A stretch of DNA of 64,000 nt, taken from positions 124,001-188,000 of IMG/VR virus record IMGVR_UViG_3300044641_009805; one strand, 5' to 3'. The notes under the pieces were generated by a model, which saw only the letters and a program-made list of their open reading frames with translations, had not been told where the DNA came from and did not search any database. The stretch's first letter is position 1. Each line of letters begins with the position of its first letter. Made by a program: the position numbers and the translations under genes. Below are positions 56,737 through 64,000 of the stretch, piece by piece.

Positions 56737-59700
56737 ATGGCACAGCTCAAATTTGGAAGCGCAGGAGTAACAACAAGAGAAATAGACTTAACGGGCCCCG
56801 TCGAAACAGGACCGACGGGGGTCCCCGCGGGGGTCATCGGCACGTCATTAAAGGGACCAGCATTCGTACCACTAACTTATGGAACGCTCAAGGACTTCTT
56901 CGCGAAGTTCGGTGAGAGCGATTCTAAGAAGTTTGGACCGATAGCTGTCTCTGAATGGCTGAGCCGTTCAACCGCAGTGACTTACCTTAGAGTCTTAGGC
57001 GTTGGTGATGGAAAGCAACGTCTTAAAACTGGAACAACCGCTGGTGAAGTTAACAATGCAGGATTCGTCGTAGGCGAAGAACAACCTGCAGAAGACGGAA
57101 CTTTATCACCGAATCCATATGCTGTTTCAGGAGGACCACTGGGTAGAACATACTTCTTAGGATGTTTTATGTCAGAGTCCGTAGGGTCAACTTTCTTAAG
57201 TGACGCTGGTCTTCAAGGAACAAGAAGGGTTAACTCTCCTTCTGTCTTATCAGCTTCAGTTCCAATCGTCAGAGGCGTGTTGATGGCTCCTTCAGGAGTC
57301 GTCTTGCGCTTGTCGGCAAGCTATGCTACGTCCGCCGTTCCTGGTTCTGCAACACCTGCAACACCCGCAAACCTGTTTGGAGCTTCGGTGGGAACGATCG
57401 TTCTTTCTGCTTCCAACGCACCTTCCAAACAAGAGTTCACGATGTTGCTTTACGGGCACAAAGGAACAGACGTTGCGTATCCAAACGTTCTAACTGCATC
57501 TTTTGACGTTAACTCAGCGAACCACATATCCAAGGTTCTTAACACAGATCCTTATAAGATGCAGCAAGCAGGTCACTATCTTGCAGCAAGCTGGGATATA
57601 CATCCTTCGTTGGCAGTCATTACTGGAACAGGATTCTTACCAGTAGACGCAGGATATAACTGTGTATCTAGCTTAACACACTCACTTGGATCAGAGAATT
57701 CGGTCTTCTTGTTAACTTCGTCTTTGGCAAGAAACTCAGGATCACAGACTGTACCCAATTACGAGTCCTTCCGCGATAGATTCTCCAATGCCAAGACCCC
57801 TTGGGTTATCTCTCAAAAGTTCGGCGGAAAACCAGTTAACTTGTTCAGATTCCACGCTCTAGACTCTGGAGCCAACATCTCTAACAAGGTCAAGATTGGA
57901 ATCGCCAACATCACTCCTTCAAATGCGGCTAATTACAAATACGGTTCATTCAACGTCGTTCTTCGTCGCATGGATGATACGGATATCGAACCTAAGGTTT
58001 TGGAGAGCTTTAATGGAGTCAACCTCGATCCATCTTCTGATCGTTACATCGGAAAAGTAATGGGCGACATAAATGCCTACTACGATTTTGATCGTGATGA
58101 CTCAAGCCAAAAATTGGTCATTGAAGGAAATTACACATTAAGATCCAGACACGTTAGAGTTGAGGTTTCTGATGAAGTGATAGATCTATCAGTCGATCCA
58201 ACTGCATTGCCAATGGGTTTCAGAGGTATTGCTCACCTCATGACATCAGGATCAGCTATCTTTAATGTGGATAATGCGGCATTAATAGACGGCGGATTGA
58301 TCCATAACGTGGTTGAACCACCTCTTCCATTCAGAAAGAACATTTTTGATGGCGTCGGTGCTCAAGCTCAAGAAAATTCTAGGTACTACTGGGGTGCAAA
58401 GTTCGAACACGTCGTAGATGTGAACGACCAAAACAGCAACGTAACACCAGACAAATCATTCAACAGCTTCACAAGCTACTTCCCGAATTTCTCGACTGCA
58501 TTCATGAACTTCGTGGTGGGTGACAACGCTGGTGCTGCGACGACTGACGAAAATGGAATCGTAGATTCTGACAAATTCTGTAACAACTTGTTCTCTCTAG
58601 AGCATGTTCAGATCAGAACAGGTTCTAACGGTACCGTTGAGCAAGCTGACGATTGGAAACATGCGACATACGTCAGAAATGGTGATATACAACCAGACGA
58701 TGGTGCCAAGACAAGAGCAGTGAAGGTCGACGATCTATCATTCTCGCTGAACAGAAGATTCCTTAAGTTCTCTTTGATCATGCAGGGTGGATTTGATGGC
58801 GTCAATATCTTTGATGAGGATGAACATCAGATCAATAATGCTGCTGTCACAGCAGACATGAACGACGCTGATAGAGGTCGCGAAAAGGGTCCCAACGTAT
58901 CCGCTTATCTCAAGGCCCTCGAGGTCATGAAGAACACGACCAATGTTGATATTCAGCTTCTCGCGATACCCGGCATCAGAACGCCTGTCGTTACAGATGC
59001 TGCAATCACGGCGACTGAAGAGCGTTTCGATGCTCTGTACATTATGGACATGGAACAGGTAGACAAGGACGGAAACCTGATCGATATCACGGGAGTCGTC
59101 AAACCTTCAGTCACGGAAACAATCCTGCAGCATAAGGCACGTAACCTCAACACGTCCTTCGCGGCAGCTTACTTCCCAGACGTTCTAATGAGAGATCCTT
59201 CAAAGCAATCGAACACAGTGGTCGTTCCACCTTCGGTCGTGGTCCTCGGAGCTCTAGCCTTGAATGACTCACTAGGATATCCTTGGTTTGCTCCAGCAGG
59301 TCAAACCCGCGGCGCTCTCCCCACGACTCTTGAGACAAGCATACAGCTCAAGGATCAGGACCTAGATTCGCTTTACGATGAGGACATCAACCCCTTGTAC
59401 GCTCAAATTATAAACGCACAAGGCGGATTGAACCCACGCGGCGGAGTGGTTGTTTGGGGTCAAAAGACGATGCTACAAGCTGCTTCTGCTCTTGATAGAA
59501 TCAACGTCCGCCGTCTCCTCATCGACGTTCGTCGTCAGGTTCGCGAGATTGCTCAAACGATCATCTTCGAGCCCAACCGCGAAGCAACCCTCGCAAGGTT
59601 CTCTGCAGCTGTCACACCACGTCTCCAGAGAATCCAAGCCCTCGCCGGTCTCGATCGTTTCAGAGTCATCATCGATTCTTCTACGACCACACAGGCCGAC

Positions 59701-59808
59701 GTCGAGAACAACACGGTCAGAGGTAAGATATTCCTGCAGCCAACAAAGACAATCGAGTTCGTCTCACTCGACTTCGTCGTTGCAAATAACCTGCAGTCAG
59801 TGACCTGA
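56737..59808 (+). CDS. Tail sheath protein 2 (gp18-like)
   Basis: SAGVTTREID, KGPAFVP, PWFAPAGQTRG, WGQKT, LDRINVRRLL, IEFVSLDF. Confidence 0.95.
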   Translation: MAQLKFGSAGVTTREIDLTGPVETGPTGVPAGVIGTSLKGPAFVPLTYGTLKDFFAKFGESDSKKFGPIAVSEWLSRSTAVTYLRVLGVGDGKQRLKTGTTAGEVNNAGFVVGEEQPAEDGTLSPNPYAVSGGPLGRTYFLGCFMSESVGSTFLSDAGLQGTRRVNSPSVLSASVPIVRGVLMAPSGVVLRLSASYATSAVPGSATPATPANLFGASVGTIVLSASNAPSKQEFTMLLYGHKGTDVAYPNVLTASFDVNSANHISKVLNTDPYKMQQAGHYLAASWDIHPSLAVITGTGFLPVDAGYNCVSSLTHSLGSENSVFLLTSSLARNSGSQTVPNYESFRDRFSNAKTPWVISQKFGGKPVNLFRFHALDSGANISNKVKIGIANITPSNAANYKYGSFNVVLRRMDDTDIEPKVLESFNGVNLDPSSDRYIGKVMGDINAYYDFDRDDSSQKLVIEGNYTLRSRHVRVEVSDEVIDLSVDPTALPMGFRGIAHLMTSGSAIFNVDNAALIDGGLIHNVVEPPLPFRKNIFDGVGAQAQENSRYYWGAKFEHVVDVNDQNSNVTPDKSFNSFTSYFPNFSTAFMNFVVGDNAGAATTDENGIVDSDKFCNNLFSLEHVQIRTGSNGTVEQADDWKHATYVRNGDIQPDDGAKTRAVKVDDLSFSLNRRFLKFSLIMQGGFDGVNIFDEDEHQINNAAVTADMNDADRGREKGPNVSAYLKALEVMKNTTNVDIQLLAIPGIRTPVVTDAAITATEERFDALYIMDMEQVDKDGNLIDITGVVKPSVTETILQHKARNLNTSFAAAYFPDVLMRDPSKQSNTVVVPPSVVVLGALALNDSLGYPWFAPAGQTRGALPTTLETSIQLKDQDLDSLYDEDINPLYAQIINAQGGLNPRGGVVVWGQKTMLQAASALDRINVRRLLIDVRRQVREIAQTIIFEPNREATLARFSAAVTPRLQRIQALAGLDRFRVIIDSSTTTQADVENNTVRGKIFLQPTKTIEFVSLDFVVANNLQSVT

Positions 59809-59828
59809 TAACCTCTGTCAAAACAGAC

Positions 59829-59864
59829 AGGAACCGCCTCTTTTAACGGGGCGGTTTCTTTTTT
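59829..59864 (+). terminator. Intrinsic terminator after sheath 2
   Basis: AGGAACCGCCTC-ttttaac-GGGGCGGTTTCT followed by a T run. Confidence 0.85.
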
Positions 59865-59983
59865 GTCGAGGGCATTAATTAATGTCAACAATTGCACGTG
59901 GTAAAACAATCAAGGACATATTGCAAAATATTCCCATGACATCTGATGATGATTCTTACATGTCAGATGTCTGAAGCAGGATT

Positions 59984-59991
59984 ATAGTTAT
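59984..59991 (+). promoter_or_regulatory. Putative late promoter ATAGTTAT
   Basis: Motif variant; the leader resembles that of sheath 2. Confidence 0.5.
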
Positions 59992-60010
59992 GGAACGTAG
60001 AGCGATATAG

Positions 60011-63000
60011 ATGGCTAAATTCGAATTTTCAAGCGCAGGAATATCAGCACAAGAGATCGGGACGATTGGTCCTGTCAAGACCCAACCGAGTGGTCTTTCG
60101 GCTGGCGTCATTGGAACTTCAAATAACGGTCCCGCTTTCGTTCCCTTTACGTTAGGATCTCTCACTGATTTTATCGACAAGTTTGGGACCATCGACGGCA
60201 AAAAGTTTGGTCCCCTTGCGGTCGCAGAGTGGATGAGAAATGCAAACTCTATCACCTACATTCGCATCCTCGGAGCAGGCGACGGAAATAAACGCCTGAC
60301 GTCTGGCGAGGTCACCAACGCAGGTTTCACTGTCGGAGAAGAACAACCTATCAACTCTAGTTCCTTAGGGTCCAATCCATATGCAAATCTCAATGGTCCT
60401 CTAGGCAGGACTTACTTTTTGGGATGCTTCATGTCAGAATCTGCAGGATCAGTCGTGTTCAGTTCGGCTGGGCTGCAAGGAACAGGCAGCATCAATGGGA
60501 TAACGGCAGGAGCCGTTCCCATCATCAGAGGAGTTCTGATGGCACCTTCGGGGGTGATCTTACGTTTATCTTCATCAGGAGGAGGATACGATTCATCGGC
60601 TCCCTTATCAAACTTTGTAGCCGATGAATCAACGGCTCACGGTACGACTTTAGGCTCCATCTCGCTTAGAAAAGATCAAACGCCATCACAGGAATTCGTT
60701 CTGCTGATGAATGGTCACAAAGGCACGACCTCAGCTCCTAATTTCATCACGGCTTCCTTCGATATGTTCTCCACCAACTACATATCGAACGTATTCAATC
60801 TCACGGCTTCATTGATACAAGAAAAAGGTCACTACCTTGCAGCTCATTGGGACATCTACCCCTCTCACGCTGTCGTGACTGGTACGGGAGTCGTATCTGC
60901 TGGCGCCGACGTGGCTTCAGATTCAAATAGAATACTAGACACTGAGAGATCAGTCTTTTTGATCACGTCTTCGTTGTCTAGAAACGTTGGATCGACGACG
61001 GTCCCAAATTATGAATCTTTCAGAGATCGATTCACTCACGCATCCACGCCTTGGATAATTTCTCAAAAACTTTTAGGAAAGCACGAAAATCTTTTCAAGC
61101 TCCATGCCCTTGACGCGGGGGCGAACGTATCCAACAGCTACAAGGTGACAATTCATGACGTACGTCCTAAGTCAGAAGGAAGTCCATACAAGTACGGTTC
61201 GTTCAGCCTGTCTGTGAGGTTGATAGATGATCCAGATAACGAAGACTCTAAACCGCTTGAAACCTTCAACGACCTGACGCTGGATCCATCTTCTGCCACT
61301 TACATCTGTAAAGTGATAGGAGACGTAAACGTCTACTACGATTTTGACAGACCTCCTGACGACCAAAGGATGGTGATCGAAGGCAATTATCCCTTAAAGT
61401 CTAGATACGTTAGAGTTGAAGTATCTGAAGAGGTTCATAACGCTACTCTGAATCCTGCGGCCATCCCGATGGGGTCCCGAGGAATTTCACACATAGTTAC
61501 TTCCGGCTCGGCTCCGCTAGCTCCATTGGGCGGCTCGGATATTCTACCTCTGGTCGATCAATACTACCTGCGAAATTCCGTGGTTCCTCCTCTACCAATG
61601 AGGCTAAACAACAAGGCAGCAGGTAACAACACGGACCCCCCGACGAAGAAGCCTTGGGGACCTATATTCGTTCACTCAAGTCCATTCGACTCGAACGATT
61701 TGCCAAACTCAAATCTCAATAAATCTTTCAACGCTTTTGCGCTTCACTATCCTGACCACTCGACGACAACTCTAAACTTTTCCGTGAGAGACAACGAGGG
61801 AACGCCCGACTCTACCACGAATGGGATATTGGACGCCGATAGGTTCTGTAACAACCTATTCACTTTAGAAAATGTCAAGGTGTTGACCGGTAGCAGCGGA
61901 ATCATCGAGTGGGGCTCTGCCGAGTATGTTCGTCACGGCTTCGTCGCGGTCGATGATGATGCAAAGACACGAGGGATCAACGTCTCTGATCTTCTATTGA
62001 AGAAAAACAGAGACTATCTAAGCTTTAATGTGATGTTCCAAGGAGGATTCGACGGGATCAACATCTTCGACTCTGATGAAGCTGCCATCAATGACGTCGC
62101 CGTCAGAGGAGACATGGAGGACATTGCACGAGGCGGATTGAACGGTTCAGCCGTGGTCTCTCACAGAAAAGCGATAGACATCATCAAGAACACAGTCAAT
62201 GCGGACATCGGCGTCATGGCCATCCCTGGAATAAGAGAACGCGTGATCACTGACGTCGCCGTGCAGGCGGCGGAAGAAAGAATGGACACTCTCTATATCA
62301 TGGACATAGAACAGTACGATTCAGGCTCAAATCCCATGTCCATGTCGGCTCTAGGCAAGTCCAACGCACCCTCAACGTCATTGACCATTGCGGCTCTTAA
62401 AGAACGCGGCGTGAACTCATCCTATGCAGCCGCATACTACCCCGACGTGATAATAACCCCTGATCAATTGCCTGATCAGGAGATAATCGTCCCACCCTCC
62501 GTGGCCGTCCTCGGCGCCATCTCACTCAATGACTCTGTCGGAGCTCCATGGTTCGCTCCCGCCGGCATGACCCGAGGCCGTCTCACAACGGCCCTACAAC
62601 CCGTGATCAACTTCGACGAACCCACGATCGATAACCTGTACATCAACAACATAAATCCACTCTACGCGACGACAAACATAAAACAACTATCCCCAGCCCA
62701 AACGTCAGGCGTCGTCATCTGGGGTCAAAAGACGCTGCTGCTATCGACAGAATCTTCTCTAGGCAGAATAGCCGTCCGCAGGCTTCTCATCGACGTACGC
62801 AAGGCCGTCAGACAAATCGCGCTACAATTCCTCTTTGAACCAAACGTAGAGAGAGTGTCAACCGTCTTCGCCTCACAGATCACAGAATACCTGTCGTCCG
62901 TCCGCGCCCGCAACGGCCTCCAATCCTTCAAGGTGAACATAGAATCACCCCTAAAATCTAGACAAAACGTCGAAAACAACTTGCTCAAGGGCAAAATCTA

Positions 63001-63076
63001 CCTCCAACCCCCAAAGACCCTTGAATTCGTCTCACTGGATTTCATCATCTCGAACGGTCTACAGTCCGAGATTTGA
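60011..63076 (+). CDS. Tail sheath protein 3 (gp18-like, closest to sheath 2)
   Basis: SAGISAQEI, NGPAFVP, PWFAPAGMTRG, WGQKTL, IAVRRLL, LEFVSLDF. Confidence 0.93.
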   Translation: MAKFEFSSAGISAQEIGTIGPVKTQPSGLSAGVIGTSNNGPAFVPFTLGSLTDFIDKFGTIDGKKFGPLAVAEWMRNANSITYIRILGAGDGNKRLTSGEVTNAGFTVGEEQPINSSSLGSNPYANLNGPLGRTYFLGCFMSESAGSVVFSSAGLQGTGSINGITAGAVPIIRGVLMAPSGVILRLSSSGGGYDSSAPLSNFVADESTAHGTTLGSISLRKDQTPSQEFVLLMNGHKGTTSAPNFITASFDMFSTNYISNVFNLTASLIQEKGHYLAAHWDIYPSHAVVTGTGVVSAGADVASDSNRILDTERSVFLITSSLSRNVGSTTVPNYESFRDRFTHASTPWIISQKLLGKHENLFKLHALDAGANVSNSYKVTIHDVRPKSEGSPYKYGSFSLSVRLIDDPDNEDSKPLETFNDLTLDPSSATYICKVIGDVNVYYDFDRPPDDQRMVIEGNYPLKSRYVRVEVSEEVHNATLNPAAIPMGSRGISHIVTSGSAPLAPLGGSDILPLVDQYYLRNSVVPPLPMRLNNKAAGNNTDPPTKKPWGPIFVHSSPFDSNDLPNSNLNKSFNAFALHYPDHSTTTLNFSVRDNEGTPDSTTNGILDADRFCNNLFTLENVKVLTGSSGIIEWGSAEYVRHGFVAVDDDAKTRGINVSDLLLKKNRDYLSFNVMFQGGFDGINIFDSDEAAINDVAVRGDMEDIARGGLNGSAVVSHRKAIDIIKNTVNADIGVMAIPGIRERVITDVAVQAAEERMDTLYIMDIEQYDSGSNPMSMSALGKSNAPSTSLTIAALKERGVNSSYAAAYYPDVIITPDQLPDQEIIVPPSVAVLGAISLNDSVGAPWFAPAGMTRGRLTTALQPVINFDEPTIDNLYINNINPLYATTNIKQLSPAQTSGVVIWGQKTLLLSTESSLGRIAVRRLLIDVRKAVRQIALQFLFEPNVERVSTVFASQITEYLSSVRARNGLQSFKVNIESPLKSRQNVENNLLKGKIYLQPPKTLEFVSLDFIISNGLQSEI

Positions 63077-63105
63077 AATATTTTTTGTTATATCATCTTT
63101 TGTGA

Positions 63106-63113
63106 ATAATTAT
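63106..63113 (+). promoter_or_regulatory. Putative late promoter ATAATTAT
   Basis: Motif variant 30 nt before the tube ATG; AGGAG SD. Confidence 0.5.
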
Positions 63114-63142
63114 GTTAGTTCCAATAGCAGGAGAATTCTACA

Positions 63143-63631
63143 ATGGCCGAAACTCTTGACGTCACGTCAATGATTCCAAACAAGTTTGAACCAAAGCGTA
63201 AGAACCGCTGGGTCCTCATGATTGAAGGCATCGACGCCTACATCATCAAGACAGCGGCTCGTCCACAAATCACGACAGAAGAAGTCCCAGTCCCGTTCAT
63301 CAACTCAACCCGCTACCTCGCAGGCAAAACGACGTTCAGCACCATGGGCGTCACCCTCCACGACCCAATCGCTCCATCAGGCGCGCAACAGGTCATGGAA
63401 TGGATCCGCCTCCACTTCGAATCGGTCAGCGGCCGCGCGGGCTACGCCGACTTCTACAAGCGTGACATCCAACTCAAGATGCTCGACCCCGTCGGCACCG
63501 TCATCGAACTCTGGGACATCAAAGGCGCATTCATCACGGATGCTAACTTCAACGAGGTCACCTACGAGGACGGAAACCCAACGGAAATATCACTAACTCT
63601 CCGTTTCGACAATTGCGTGCTGCAGTTCTAG
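63143..63631 (+). CDS. Tail tube protein (gp19-like)
   Basis: FEPKRKNRW, YLAGKT, LHDPIAPSGAQQVMEW, YKRDI...DPVG...W.IKGAF, ISLTLRFD. Confidence 0.92.
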   Translation: MAETLDVTSMIPNKFEPKRKNRWVLMIEGIDAYIIKTAARPQITTEEVPVPFINSTRYLAGKTTFSTMGVTLHDPIAPSGAQQVMEWIRLHFESVSGRAGYADFYKRDIQLKMLDPVGTVIELWDIKGAFITDANFNEVTYEDGNPTEISLTLRFDNCVLQF

Positions 63632-63639
63632 AAAAAGTC

Positions 63640-63696
63640 TTATACCAAATCATAAAGTGATGTATAATTACCTCTGTGGCGTCAAGCTGCAGAGGT
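63640..63696 (+). promoter_or_regulatory. Sigma70-type promoter plus an SD-sequestering hairpin (possibly also a terminator)
   Basis: TTATAC-17nt-TATAAT (63640-63668); hairpin ACCTCTGTGGC-gtcaa-GCTGCAGAGGT (63670-63696) contains AGAGGT just before the ATG at 63700. Confidence 0.6.
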
Positions 63697-63699
63697 TTT

Positions 63700-64000
63700 A
63701 TGCTTAAATGTCCCCAATGCGACTTTCAAATTGAAAGCATCAATTCCCTTAGAATTCATGCTTCAAAAAAACATGATATTTCAAGCGAAGATTTATACAT
63801 TCAAGTTGTGCTAAAAGGAATTAAACCAACGTGCGAATGTGGGTGTGGTTCCGATACAAAATTTAACGGATTGGTGAATGGATACTCTAAGTTTGTATGG
63901 GGTCATGCTTCGAAAGTGAACAATAATTGGGGTCACAACAAAGAAGCCTTCAAGAAAAGTCTCACAACCAGAAGAAAAATGTGGGAAAATGGTGAAATTC
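63700..64000 (+). CDS. Zinc-finger protein, probable free-standing homing endonuclease, 3'-truncated
   Basis: Own translation: MLKCPQCDFQIESINSLRIHASKKH (C2H2) ...PTCECGCG...FVWGH; open to the end of the window; nuclease domain not visible. Confidence 0.6.
   Translation, partial: MLKCPQCDFQIESINSLRIHASKKHDISSEDLYIQVVLKGIKPTCECGCGSDTKFNGLVNGYSKFVWGHASKVNNNWGHNKEAFKKSLTTRRKMWENGEI

Noticed and set aside
23700-63631. Extracellular contractile injection system (Afp/PVC) or tailocin locus
   Set aside because: Three sheaths fit, but gp13/gp14-like head-tail connectors, a phage sigma factor, a Cas4-like nuclease and a homing-endonuclease-like gene indicate a true phage; no Afp15-like AAA ATPase was seen
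1-64000. Alternative genetic code (stop-codon reassignment)
   Set aside because: Genes are full length and densely packed under code 11; TAA, TGA and TAG all end conserved genes (e.g. TAG ends the tube and neck genes)

Overview
This window is a 64 kb piece of a large (jumbo-type) contractile-tailed phage genome, read in genetic code 11. No capsid, terminase, polymerase, RNA gene or CRISPR array is visible. Left to right: (1) a shortened GroEL-like gene and a membrane protein on the minus strand. (2) A ~20 kb glycan-biosynthesis island at 2.5-22.2 kb, with about 12 glycosyltransferase(-like) genes, RmlA, RmlB, an NRS/ER-type epimerase-reductase, a PseB/DegT/GNAT trio, a UDP-sugar dehydrogenase and an embedded Cas4-like nuclease. 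(3) A gp55-like sigma factor. (4) A baseplate module (gp5-, gp25-, gp6-like and LamG-containing proteins). (5) A small opposite-strand island (GH73-like hydrolase, NADAR, degenerate Pth2). (6) Fibre and collagen genes, an M15 endolysin and gp13/14/15-like neck genes. (7) Three tandem ~1,020-aa tail sheath paralogues, a tail tube and the start of a zinc-finger putative homing endonuclease. The strongest candidate for an undescribed system is virion glycosylation: the glycan island sits next to structural proteins rich in [S/T]-G-S / S-A-S tripeptides and a Thr-rich BclA-like collagen. Other notable signals are the triple sheath, a set of leaderless sigma70-type promoters alongside an ATANTTA late-promoter motif, and two apparent pseudo-enzymes. 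All family calls come from motif recognition by eye, not from database searches.
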